Part shown: positions 43,290 through 57,200 of the stretch, in pieces
Numbering within the stretch: the first letter of the stretch is position 1
Layout of the letters: each line of letters opens with the position of its first letter
Source: Auanema rhodensis
Taxonomy: Eukaryota > Animalia > Nematoda
Assembly (NCBI GenBank): GCA_964057225.1
Contig: OZ059897.1
Coordinates: 13,826,001-13,890,000 of the forward strand
Direction: 5' to 3'
DNA length: 64,000 nucleotides
Translations under genes and position numbers: made by a program
Notes under the pieces: model-generated
What the model was told of the DNA's origin: nothing
The model's input: the letters and a program-made list of their open reading frames with translations, nothing else
Databases searched by the model: none

Positions 43290-44936
43290 ATGTTTTCAAA
43301 GAAAGGAAATTTCTTGATTTCACTTATATCACGAAGATCAGCTTCAACTGCTCAATTGAAAAGCTTTCAATTGAAAAGTATTATTGAATTAAATGATTCT
43401 CTTCAACTTAATTATATAACTGAAGGTTAGTTATATATTTTATTATAATATATTTATAATTTTATGAAGAAAAATATTCTTTTTTTCATTAAAAATCTTC
43501 AGCAACGTTTAGAAGTGAAAGAGAAAAAACATTTATTACTACCACTGGTATGGCTTCGGGATCATTGTAAAGACGAGAAATGCTATGAGTGGAAAACAAA
43601 TCAAAGGAAATCCAAATGTATTAACTTGTTCGAGGAAAGTCAATTATCAAACAAAGAAAATTCAATCAAAATTGAGAATAAGTTGGTTTTTCAATTCAAT
43701 TTGAAAAGAAAAGAACTTTTTTTTTTATTTTTTAGTGATACTTTGAGTGTTTTATGGGAAGATGGTCTCCTTTCAAAGTATCCTATTGATCGTTTGATTG
43801 ACGAATCTTTACCGAATACAATTCAGGAGAATCATTATAAAGCCTGGACATCTGATGACATGAAACAATTTCCAAGATTGAAAGCGTAAATTTTATTTGA
43901 AAATTATTCAAAAACGATAATTATAGATCAAATTTATCATTTTCCGAATTCGCAAAATTATTTGTGAAGTATGGCGTTGTAGTAATAGATGAAGTTGATA
44001 AAAATGCTGAAGCTACACGAAAACTTTGCAATGAATTAGGCCAAATTCATAACACATTTTTTGGAGATTTTTGGGTTTTTAGTAATCAAGGAGTAAGTTT
44101 TTAAGGTTTTAATCTAACTTTATAATTGTTTAAAGGAAAGTGGCCATGAAGATACAGCATATGGAAATGAAGGTATTGGACCACACACTGATGGAACTTA
44201 TTTGGATCAAACACCCGGAATACAAGTAATGTTTGAATAATAAATATTTTTATTTAATTTATATATAATAGGTATTTCATTGTTTGCATCCTGCTGAAGT
44301 AGGAGGTGATACTGTATTAACAGATGGATACAAATGTGTTGAAATATTAAAAGAAAAATATCCTGAAGCTTACAAAATTCTAACAGAATCAGAAGTATAT
44401 TGATTATTTCTTTTGAAAAATTAAATATTTTATAATTCTTATTCAGATTGATCATCATTATCTTGAAGGACAAAATGTTGAAAGTTCATTATATTCTTTA
44501 ACAAGATCAAGAAAGGTAATTCATGTTGAAAACGATGGATTGGTTCGTCAGATAAGGTAATAATTCTTTTTCTTATTTTTTTTTTGAAATATTTCATTTT
44601 AGGTTTAATCCTTATGATAGAGCTCCATTACGATTTGATTCTGAAAAAGCTGCTGATATTATTTCATTTTATAAAGCTTATACTATCTTCTCAAAAATCT
44701 GTCATGATGAAGAATTGGCTTATCGTGTCTCATTGAGACCAGGCTCTGTCATCTTCATCGACAATTACAGAGTTTTTCATTCAAGAACTGCTTTCACAGT
44801 AAGTTTTCTTTAAAGTTTCTAACATTTATCATTATTTCAGGGATTTCGTCAAATGGCTGGATGTTATATGTCTCGAGATAATTTGTTAGCTAAGATTCGA
44901 CCATATTTAAACAAAAAAGTTCAATACTTAGTTTGA
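43290..44936 (+). CDS. gbh-2: Trimethyllysine dioxygenase (TMLHE), carnitine biosynthesis
   Basis: Mitochondrial-type presequence MFSKKGNFLISLISRRSAS; LVWLRDHC...NQR (TMLHE-type rather than BBOX1 LRDNC); DTAY; HTDGTY; GIQVFHCL; RFNPYDR; DNYRVFHSRTAFTG. Confidence 0.9.
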
Positions 44937-45680
44937 ATTTATTTTTATTTTAGAAAATAGGAAACTAATTAGAAAAAGTTATTTAATAAATATTTGATGA
45001 TAATTTAGAAATAAATTTGATAAATTAACAAATACATTAGATAATTTATTTTATTTCAATGGTATGTGGCGGTTTTATTGTATTAATTTAAATATTTTTA
45101 AAAAAAATGTATTAAAACATAAGTAGAGCTTCGTACCAAATTTGAAAGAAAATGTAAACTTTTCAAGTTCAAAATCTTTTTTTCTGTCAAAAAAGTAGTT
45201 GAAAAGGATCAGTACGTAAATACAAAATACAAAACTCTTGAATGGTCTTCAATCATAGCTTGTCTTCATAACAGATGGTTCATAATAGATGTCTCAGAAA
45301 ACTTCAAGCTTGTAATGTGTGGAAACCCCAAGGGAAGTTCAAAGACATGCAAATCTGCCAGCTATAGATCTGCTTTCTGTTTATCCTATTATGATAAAGT
45401 TTAGTAGTTAATAAATATTAAGAGAAAGTTATAACTTATTATAAATATAAATATTTTATATGAACTGTGTGTGTTATTAAAGAATTAACAAGAATTTGAT
45501 AAAATTTAGTATTATAATGTACAAAACCGTCTAGTTTTGCCAATCATAAGTGTAGTAACGACTACGAAAGTTAGGAAACGGCGAGATTTATGTCAAAAGT
45601 CCCAAAGGGCATTTTGACTGGGACAAATGGAAAGCAGAACCATGTCGTAGCTCTTCTTCTCCTACTTATTCTATTTTTCC

Positions 45681-47516
45681 AGTCTCATTGAATATGAAAA
45701 GCCGCCTGTGTTTGTTAAACAGAATGTTTTACTAAAGATGTGTATTTCAAATCAAAAAGCCTTAAAATTTATTTTATGGTTGAAACGAATTTATCATCGT
45801 TACAGGTTAGAAATATAATATTTTTAAATCTTTCTCTTATTCTTCTTTTATTTTCAGTTTAAATCATATTATACTTTTAATAAGTTATATACTTTTTATT
45901 TTATTATCTGCTACAATATTTTTTGTAATTGAATCACATAATTCAAAAAGTTTTCATAAGAAATGGATTTTACAATTAGCTGATGATAGAGATAGGTTTG
46001 TAATTACATATTATAATTATTTTTAAATTATTATAGATTTATTCGAGAAGAATTAGTTCCTGAAATATTCAATAATACCAAACTTCTACTATATATTCAT
46101 GATCAAAAAGCTCAATATTTGACAAATATCATTAACCTAAGGTTAGAATCATATGAACAGCAGTTGAAGCTTCGACCTCCGATGCCAACTATGAGATGTA
46201 CATACATGCATTCGATTCTCTTTGTAAGATTGTTGATTATTTTCACTCTTAATCAGTATTTCAACCAATTACTAGGTATTTTCAACAGTTACAACAATAG
46301 GATACGGCTATCTTTATCCTGTAACTTCAGCTGGACGTATTTTTTCAATTGTTTGTAGTTTAATTGGAATTCCATTTACTATAATTGTGATTAAAGATTT
46401 AGCATTCTTACTTGCTAAACTACTCGATTTTCCTTTTTTTATATTGGGTATATCATAAAACTTGAACGAAAATCTTAATACGGAAGTATTATTTAGAAAA
46501 ACTTTGGGCCTTATTTCGATTCTGCACTCTAAAGCCTGTTCATGAAAATGAAATAGAGCGTAAGCTTCAAGAAGAACGAAATAAGCAATTAGATCATCGA
46601 TTAGCTAATCAAGACAGGCTTTTATCTATTCCTGTAAGTTCAGAATTTTGAATTCAAATTATAGAAATGAGGAAAAAAATTAAATTCGGTTTTAGGTTAC
46701 TGTTGCCATCTTTGCTGTTCTTGGATGGGCAACTATAGGATGTGTTATAGTTCAAGCTTACATGCCTCATGTCGATACATCTACAGCTTTTTACTTCATA
46801 TTCAACTCTCTGACAACTACTGGAGTTGGTGATATTGAACCAGGAGGTCTATACCATTCTGATTATAGATGTTAAACTCTCAAAATATTTCAGAAAATTC
46901 TTTATTGCTTTTGATTTTTTCTTTCTATTTATTACTAGGATTAGCTATAGTATCGCTTTTCATTAACCTAATTCATGCAAAATTCAGTAAAGCTTATTGG
47001 TATCCAGATAAGCTTTACATACCCTTGAGGTTTGCTGAAATTTAAGAATCAATTTTCATGAATAGCTTTAGCACTGGTGGAGGTCTCGGAGAAAAACTTG
47101 CGACGTTTGATAGTTTTGATGAACTTTTACCTGGTGATGCTCAACTACATCATCTAATAACAATAGGTGTACTACAAGCGGAAGTATATAAATATCTAAA
47201 ATTATATAAAAATGAGTAATTTAGGATAAATGTCAGTTATTGAATGTTGCTGGACAGCAGTCTGCTCTAATTGAAAATACTACGCAGACACAAGAAAGCG
47301 TGAGTTTCAAACATTTTTAAAAAAAAAAAGAATTTTTTTCAATTGTTTCTCATTCGTCTTCAGGGACCAATCGAGCGTTTCGTTCATTCATCACGAAATA
47401 GCCCAGAACCTGTGGTTATTCCAAACATACATACATCACATGAAGATGTAAATTCTCTTATTGTTGAAACTTATGGTGCTCGACCAGCAATGCTTATGAG
47501 AAATATGATGAGATAA
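45681..47516 (+). CDS. twk: Two-pore-domain K+ channel (TWK family); 5' end unresolved, upstream of 45681
   Basis: TM1; pore 1 STVTTIGYGYLYPVTSAGR; SLIGIPF; pore 2 FNSLTTTGVGDIEP; final TM YLLLGLAIVSL; TAA at 47514-47516. Confidence 0.88.
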
Positions 47517-48020
47517 ACCTATATGAAAGATTAAAAAAACTAAAATTTAATCATAATTATAACAAAATATTGATATATTTATGATTTAAAAATATATTTT
47601 AGAATAGAAATATACAATTGGTATATAAATATCTTGAAATATTTGCCTTATTAATAAAAAAATTAATTTTGTATTGAATTATAAAATTATTAATAAAATC
47701 ATTATAATATAAAATTTTTTTATTAAATTTATATAAAAACCAAATAAATGAATTTGTGGGATGTAGAAAAATGGAAGAAAAACATCAAAATAAGAGTCAA
47801 AATCAAAATATATGATATGTTGTCAATGACAATGATGGTCATTTGAAATAAAACAGAAAAAAAGAAAGAAGGACTTATGAAGCTAGATCACTAAAACAAT
47901 TATATGTACATAATAGCTTCAAAAACAATATAAAATATAAGGATATAGTAAATCAAAATAATAATATTTCATAAACAGAGAAAGAGGAAAATAAAGAAAT
48001 ATCTTGTATCTATTAATTAT

Positions 48021-48122
48021 CAGAGAGAAAGAGAGAGAGAGAGAGAGAGAATTTGAGAGAGAGAAAGAAAGAGAGAGAGAAGGAGAAATAGAGGGTGAGA
48101 GAGAAAGAGAGGGAGAGAGAGA
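48021..48122. repeat. (GA)n-rich microsatellite
   Basis: About 100 bp purine run lying between the twk and PTP 3' ends. Confidence 0.9.
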
Positions 48123-48489
48123 ATAATGAGCATTTATGAACAGACCCGATGTTTGAAAACCTGGATAACTGCAAAAAGTGGAAGAAGATACAAAGGTTAC
48201 TATTGCTTACCCATTTTACCAGTATATTTCAACTATTGTATAAGCTTCAAGAAGCATAATAGATAAAAACATAATGATTTGATAGGGTAAGAAAGGAATA
48301 ACATTAGTTTTTGATAGATGAAAAAGCTCAGAATTTAACCAATTTTTGATGAGAATGGAAACAAATTTAACACAACCAGAAAAAGCAAGATCGATTCAAT
48401 ATCAGAATAAAGCGGAATGAAAACTATGACAGCTCTATTAAGACCTATTAAGATATTCTCAAAAGTAAATTATACTTTCTGAAGTTTCT

Positions 48490-51400
48490 TTACTTTTCAC
48501 GTCGAATAGATTTCCGATGATGATCTTTATCTCGAATTGATTGACGTGTTGATGGTGGTCTAGATGTAGCATTCTCATTCTCAACTTCTTCTTCTTCTGT
48601 TGGTTCATCCTAAAACATGTTTTGTAGATTTCAACATGAATTCAAAAGCTGACTATACTTACCTTATCGTGAATTCGATAATCAGCATTTGTCATATACC
48701 AATGTAACATGACATCATATAAATATTTATATTCGTCCTATAACGAAATTAAAAATATTAAAATATAAAGAAACTTCATAGTATAACCTTCATATCAATT
48801 AGTTGAGGTCTATTAATCCTCATCATCTTTACAGCATGAAAGATATCAACTTCATGATCAGAATCCATTTGATCGATACACATATTAGCACCGATGTAAA
48901 CTCCAACACGAGAAACTCCATTACTATAATTTATGTTTTTTTTAACAATTGTTCTTTCTTTTCAATGACATTTATCATTATATCTATTATACTACTTACT
49001 GAGACATAACGATAGTTGGTTTAGTTTCTGGTCGGTCAGGTGCTCGTTTCCTCCAACTTCTTGCCATCTTGATCACATCTATCAGACCTGTTGTTGAGAG
49101 AGGAACCTTATTTTCGATTGGCCACATTCGAACCTTAAAATATATTTTTAAATTAAATAGTTAAATTATTTATAATTCAAACCTGAATAATACAACAAAT
49201 TCTAACTTCGGCATCAATTTGTTGATTATTAGATCCACTAGCCATGATATCCGAAATCATAAATGTCTATAAAATCAAAGGTTTATGTCCAAACTATTCT
49301 TATGTTAAGGAGAAATTGTTATTTTTTTTTAATTTGGGAAAATATTTGATTATATTTTATATCAAATCAGCAAAGTTTATATCTCAAAATAAGTTTGAAT
49401 AATCTTAAAAACTTTGCTAATTTTTGAAAGAGAATGTTAGTAAAAGCTATAATCGAGTAATAAAAATGTTTGAAAAGAATTATAATAAACAAAAGGCAAA
49501 AAAAACAAAAATTAGTTTAGGTTACAGATGAAAATTCATTAGAAACTTTGAGAAAATTATGTTTTAGAAGAATATTAGTGTTATAATTTAAGACAGGAAA
49601 TAGAAGAAGAACACGCGCAGAACAAGGACAGACCAGCTTCTGAATCTGCTTCGTTGTATCCTTCTGAAGATCTGCCTTTTCACGGCGAATATTCAGAAGG
49701 CGTTTAATATCAGCAGCCCCTTTCTATAACACAAAAACACAAAATACAATAGACAACGACTATTTGACAGTTTAACTATTAAAAGTATCTAAAAGTTAAT
49801 ATCAGACTAAGATTTCAGAAGGAAATTGCTAGTTGACGATACTAACTGATAATTTGAAGACGAAGACATGAAACAGAAAGACAACACATATGGTCAAAGG
49901 GCCAGAGGATCCTGAGAAAAGACGCAAGGAGAACCTCATGATATGGCTCGTTCGTCTGATGTATCATTGGCTCAGCTGATCGTGTTCGTCGACGTCTTGA
50001 CGTTACCGGCAAACGCAGCCATCGATCTTCGGAAGCCGGTGTTGTCGATGTCGACGTATCAAGATCTTGATCCAATGAGTCTGACGGACGAATCTTTCCT
50101 CTATATTGAGGTTTGAAACGAAAAGATTGGCCGGGAGGTAAAGTACTCGTAGTCGGCTTTTGATAACTAGGATGACCTTCCAGTGTTGGAACCTTTACTT
50201 TTGGATTTGTTCCTCGAGTAGGTGAATTCATCTAGAGCATATAAACCATTTTCAAAAGATTTGAGCAAAATTTGAAAGCAATATCACAACAATCAATATA
50301 AATAAGAAATAACAGCAAGCAGAATAAAAGTTTTTGAAGCATGTATTTCTTTTGGATTAAAAGAAAATCCGAAAAAAAAACATTAAGTAGTAGCGCATAT
50401 TGGTTTGAATAATTAGCTATTATGAACAACTTATGGCCATAATTAGAAGGACAAATATGTTTTTTTCTTTTTAATTTTTTGAAATTTATATTCAAAAGAT
50501 GTTTTATGTTCATTTAAACTTACTCGTTTCATGACTTTCACCATATGTGATGTCATTGCTGGATATTGATGATAATTGATAACTTCAACTATGAATGGAC
50601 CATATTGAGCTTTTCCTTTATTGTGAATGAAAGTTGGATATTGCTGAAATTTATTTTTTGAAAAAAATTTTGTTTTGTTCTAATTCTTCAAATGTTTCAG
50701 AAATTTATGAAAAAAAAAAGCTTGAAAGCAGGCTACAAAAAGTTTTTTTTCTTCGTAAAAGTGAAATTTCATACCCTAGGAGAGCCTTGATTACTTAGAT
50801 TGACAACTGTATGACATGAATGATCGTAAATCAAAGTCCAAAACGAGTCAATTGTACTTGATTTTGGCCATTCAGTAACTATGAACTCTGCTTTTCGTGT
50901 AAATCCATCGACCTGTAATACAAAGTTTTCTATTTACTTCATAATTTCTCATCATATTTCTTCTTTTTACTTCAAAGCATTTGATAGATCAAGACTATAC
51001 GAAATTGATTTTCAATTTTCATTCAAACTTCCTTAGTTTAGATGAAATTGCTGTAAAAACTAGTACGAAACATAAAGATATCCTTAGATTTGTTCAGGTA
51101 AAGCCAGATGAGGACATAGGCATTAGGACATTTCAAAGACAAGTGTCCTTTTTCGTCATTTTCAAACAAAAATTTTTGACAGAACATATCCTGCCCGTTA
51201 TTAAATTTCTAGTTATTTAAATGGTTATTTTATTTTAAATAAAAGATGAATCTTATGTCAAATCTATCTCTATACATCTGTTTCTACACATATTTTTAAA
51301 AATATTTTATAACTTACTTCTACGGCATTGATATAAGTATAATCTTTACTATCTCCATGTAATGTTTGTAAATATGGTCTAGCATGATCAGCTGGAAGTA

Positions 51401-54164
51401 AAAAAAATTTCAAAATGTTTTTTTTACATTTGAAACTTACGAGGAACAACCATTACGTCACGATTTTTTCCTCTGTTTTCCAATCGATGCCCTCCGGCAC
51501 AATCTCCAATTCGCAATGATGGTGTAAGATGTAGAAGTAGCTAAATTAATTTAATTTAATCATGTATTTACATATCAAAAAGTATTTTTTCTCAATTTTT
51601 CATCCAAAAAATAAATATGAAATCCCTTAAGTTTTTTTTTGATTTTCTCATCAATTTTCTCATCTATCTCTGTAGGTTTCTGTGCACCCACTCAACAGTG
51701 TAAAATTGTCAGAAGTGATGTTAGCTTCATGCCAAAAAACATCAAAAAACAAATTCAGAGAGCTTAATCTTACATCTGTATTAATCATTTTTTATTTAAA
51801 AAAATGAATTATACGAATAATAAAGTATAATTCTTAATATAATAATACTTATAATTAAAACTTTTCCATTATTCTTATTTTCTTTATAAAAATAAAAAAG
51901 TTTTCTTTCAATTTTTCAATTTTTTTCATTAAATCTTCTAAAAATTATTTGAAAAAAGTGAAATTGAATAGCTAATTGTAGAATTAATCCTTCCAAAAAG
52001 CTTGTTATTATGTTCAAAGATAAAAAAAAATTCTATAGAACATGTGACTTAGCTTCCGGTAGCTATTTGTTCTTTTCTCATTAAATTGAGAAATGAACAG
52101 AAATATAAAGCAGTTGTGCTTATCTTAATCAAGCAAGTTTTGAGCCAAATCCACCCAAATCATGGAACTTCGAACGGAAATAAATTTTTTTTGGATAATT
52201 TCAAGTGGTAGTTAACACAGTGAGAATAATCTTCTTAGAATTCCTGTGTTATAAACTATTATATCTGATAAGATAAAATAGTTTATTCAAATACAATCAC
52301 GTCATTAAATGGGTTTTTTGACATGAAATTCGAAGAGTTTTTTCTATTTTATTTGTCGCAATGTGGAAGAATTCAAATCAAAAAGCTAAAAACAAGGACA
52401 ATTCTCACACTTTTAAGTACATCACGGATATCAATCTGGACAATTCATCTGTCGTATTTGAATTCATGGCTAGTGTACTGTTGAAGTAATTTGCGAGAGT
52501 CAGAAAATTGAGGACAAGCGAAAAGCAATGAAAGTAGCTAGATAAGCATCGTTCCGTTTAGTAGAGACATTAAGTCTCTCTCATATGGGTTCTTTGAAGG
52601 GTAAGTGAACTATCTTTACGGAAATGTTGAGCATAGCTACCACACAAGAATTCAAAGCTGACGATCTCTGTCTTTCACGTACCCCCCATTCTTATCCGAT
52701 TAACTGCCTTCTTTTTTTTTCAAAAATATCGTCACATTTTACATCTTTCACACCTTTTTTTAAGATTTTTTCAAGAATAGGATGAAATTCCACATATGCA
52801 AACAATGAGATATCATCCAATACTTTTTTTTTCATTACATTCATCTTTGATTTTCATAAAAGTGTATATACACTTACCTTATTCTCATGATTTTCTTGAT
52901 TTTCTAATAATTCTCTGTTCTTTTTTGCTTTATACATACTACTACGTTCTTTTAATTGATGCATTTGAATAGGTTGTACATTACACATAACAGCCTATAA
53001 TTAAAATGTCAAATATCGTATAAACTTACTGTAAAAATATTTGTTTTCCAACTTTTTTTTTTAATTCTTTAATTATTTTTTTTATTATCTTACCTCAGCT
53101 AAGGCATCATATATAAATTGATATTGATCAACACTATCAATCAGATGTGGTCTTGCATTAACTAAAGTTTTAGCATATTCATAAACATCTAATTGTCCAG
53201 TTTTCTTCATTAATTCTAAGTTTGCATCTAAAGCCAAAAAAGCTCCACTTCTTCCAGCTCCATTACTGAAAATAACAGAGTTTATATTGAAAATAAAATT
53301 ATTTTTTTATCTTTATTTTATATTTTCTTAAACAATTTTTATTATAAATTTGTACATAAAATTCTAACAAAAACACTTTCACTTCTAAGTAACTATGTAT
53401 GTATGTTTTCTCCAATAGTAACTTGTTTCACATTTTTATTGTTGCAAACTATATTTTGCATTTGATTGTTTATATAGAAAAAAAAAACAAAAAAGTCAAT
53501 AATCTAATAGTTAAAGAGAATTTTATCAAGTTTTCTTAATAATTTTTTAAAATATTTTAATAATATCAATAAAGATGTCTCTCAACAACCAACTTTCCAT
53601 CAAGTCTATGGCAAAACAAAATATATTTTTAAAAAATTATTTCCTTTTTCTTTTTTTCTGATGATCAGTTGTTTGTATAAATGATCTCGTCATCTATTAA
53701 TCATACATTTTTCTTAATTTATAAAAAAAAACTTTTTATTTTTAAATAAAAAAACTAAAATTTGTCTCATCTTCAATACTTTTACCCATTTTCTGACCTA
53801 AGATACTCCAGATGACGCTATACGATAACTTAGATCAGACTCCAATATTTCAAAACGGTACTGTCATGTTCCAAAAAAAATTTAATTTATGTGATTCAGA
53901 TCAAAAGGAAACATTTTCTCTTTTAGTATTCACTTTTGAAATAAAACGATAGAAAAGAGAAAGTTAATGTTAAAACATGCCAAATCCACTTTTTAAGAAA
54001 AAAATGTCAAAAAAGACGATTTCTGATCAAAAATACTTTTTATATATTTATTTAAATACTTTTTAAATAGTTAATTCTATAGTTTAGAACTATTTCATAT
54101 TGTAAAATGTGATTTTAAATTGTTTTCAAGTTCAACTTACAACGTGTTTATAACAACGTGTTAC

Positions 54165-54202
<38 letters not shown>

Positions 54203-57200
54203 GTTTTGAAAAATAATTTTTGTATAGAACTAACTTCATTTTTGAAAGAATAATCTATAGTTTTTAAAATTCTTTTGTTAACTTCACTTCATCAAAATTA
54301 TATAAAACATGCTAAGTATGAAGCAAGTTTAAAAATGTTGAATAGATATATCAATAAACATATTTTTTATAATCAGTTTAGTATATAAGCCAAAGAAATT
54401 CATTTTTTCCTCAACCTTTTCATTTATTTTGGAATGTTTCTTCCTGACTTCCTCTTTTTTTTCAATTTATGATTTAACTGGAGGTCAAGGGCCATGTTTC
54501 AGACTTCTAGAAGGACGTCAATAATAGATCATGTAGACGGAAGCAGTTGAGATTACTTTCGATTTCTTTTTCTCCAAATTTACATTTTTAAAAAAAAAAA
54601 AGATTAAATTATAGTTTAAAACTTATTTTATAATATTATATCAAACTATATTCCACAATTTAAATTTTTTTTGTTAAATTTTAAATTAAAAACATTGAAA
54701 TAGATTTTAAGAAAAAGTTTAATATAAGAATAATATTTAAATAATTTTAAGAATATATTATGAAATCTAAAAATATATTTTTTTCTTTTTTTAAAAATTT
54801 TGTTTCAACAATACAAAATATTGTATGTACAAGGTCACGAACTTGATCGTATACTCATATACACTATAGTTGTATGTTGTATGTATATATTTCAATTAAA
54901 ACTTCTTTATAGTTGACCAATGAAATACATCCTTTTACTTTTTTTCTTTTCTTAGTTATTACATTGCACTTTTATACTTTTTATATACTTTACATATATA
55001 TATATGATTTATATTTTTCATTCAAAAATGTTCAAAACTTTCTTGTATTTTCAGGTAAACATAATGAAATTTCTTCTATTGCTTGTGGCTATAGGATTAT
55101 CTAGTGTAATAGAATCACGAATTGATCAAAGTAATTTTTTAAACTTTTTTTTAAATCAAGCCTATCTTCCTGTCTTTCTGTAAATTTCATTTTTCACTCT
55201 TTTTTCAGGTCGAATTCTGACAAAACGGAGAGTGCCATCAGCTTTTACATTAGCTAGATTACAGAAAGAGTATGAAGATGAAGAAGATGTTTCAAAAGAA
55301 GGATCTCGACGAAAAGGTTTAATATTTGAAAAAAGAAAAAAAAAAGAAAATTTATCTTATATATACAGTTGATAAATCGTTTCGACGTGATGATGTAATG
55401 AGTGATTCAAAATGTTTGGAAAAATGTAATAATAGGCTTAATATAGGAATGGATATGGTAAATGTATGTTTCTTTTCCAATTAACTTTATGGAAAAAATA
55501 TTTATAAATTATTTAAGGCTCATATGGCATTTGGAAGTATAGATGTTCCATCTGTTGTTGCTCCAAGAGATTTAGATCTTTTTTGTCTTTTGGATAATCA
55601 GCATAGTCAATGTATAGGTATAGTTAACCCTTTTGATCCAAATTTCACATCAAACCATTCAGATGAATGTGGATACTCAGTTCAATTCAATCTTCGAGAA
55701 TATGTTTGTCGACATCGGTTCAATGAGGTTTCAATATTGACTGAGATTTATCCAACACAACCTCATATCAATTCTCCTTATATTTCACAGCTCACAAACA
55801 CTTCTTCAACTATTCCAAAAAAAAAAAACAAAAAATCAAAAATATGTTCTTAAATTATTTTTAAAATTTTTTTCAGATGCTTAATCATCAGTCTTGCTAT
55901 TCAAAAGCTGCTCCAGTGTTAATTCGTCACTGTCGTCCTAGATGTGGAAACTATTCTCCATTAAAATCATCTATTCAAGGATATGCAACAAGGTTGTAAC
56001 AATAGATATATTCTAATTACAGATTTTAACAAAAAATATTTTTTTTTTAGATGTCGACAACTTTTATGTGATCATACATGTATATCTTTTATTCTAAAAC
56101 ACGTTTGTGGAACTAAAGAAGGAACTGATGCTTCCAACTTCCTTCTCGAATTCACCCGTCTACAGGTTTTAGCCTTTTGTTAACAAATCAAATGAAAAAC
56201 ATTTATATATATAGGTTGAATACTGGATTCGTGATTTTGCAAAAACCAAAAATGTATTACCATCACAAGCATATCCAAAATCATGTGCCAGATTACAGTG
56301 TGATGACTTTAAGCTACAAAATTGTAAAACTCATATGATGGGTTAGTACATCACATGTTTCTTTTCAATTCATACTAATAATAATAATAGCTAATATGAT
56401 TATCTTTATCTCATTTTACTCCATTTACGGGTATTGATAAGTTTAATAAAAAGTTTTCTTTTCTTTCATTTTTTTTATATAAAAGACTTTTAATTTATTT
56501 AAATAACCATACCTGCAATGTACAATAATGGGAGCATCTACATTATTCTTTTCAACATATTGTCGAACTCTTCTGTAAAATAAATATATTATTATACTAA
56601 TTATAACATATAATTATAATTATTTATACTAATTATTTTTGAAATCATAACATACCTCCTTAGTTCAATAAATGCAGAAATATAGGGAAATGAATCTAAC
56701 TCCCATTCAGTGAAATGAAAATGTTTCACCAAACGTTTCTCACCATTGCGAGTTAATTGGAATGTGCGTATCACCTGAAGATTAATTATAATAATTATTT
56801 TTTTAATAATAAAACTTACATAATGAGCATATGTTTTAACATCAATTGTTTCTACTTCAATATCACCAAAAGTAAAACGAGTTAACGGCCAGTATTGAAG
56901 ACACATTACCTGAGAACAGTTGTTTAGTAAATAACAAACAATAATAATAATAAATATAAGTATTGAATGCAATTAGTCTGATGTCAACTCAGTCTGTTTA
57001 TTAAGTTTTAACTGATTTTGCTATTTCACGTGAACTTTCACGTAACGTAATCCTATCGCTAGAGTCACGTGTCTTTCAATCTTTCAAATTTTCACTCAAT
57101 TTTCACAAAAATTCCGTCAAATCAATCAATGTTATGACGAGAAAAAAATTTCTTTTTAATAAGTTTCATAAGAAGAATATTTGATTTAGAAACATGTGGT

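Noticed and set aside
44937-45680. gbh-2 / twk operon
   Set aside because: Same strand and close together, but the twk 5' end and any SL2 acceptor cannot be fixed from sequence alone.
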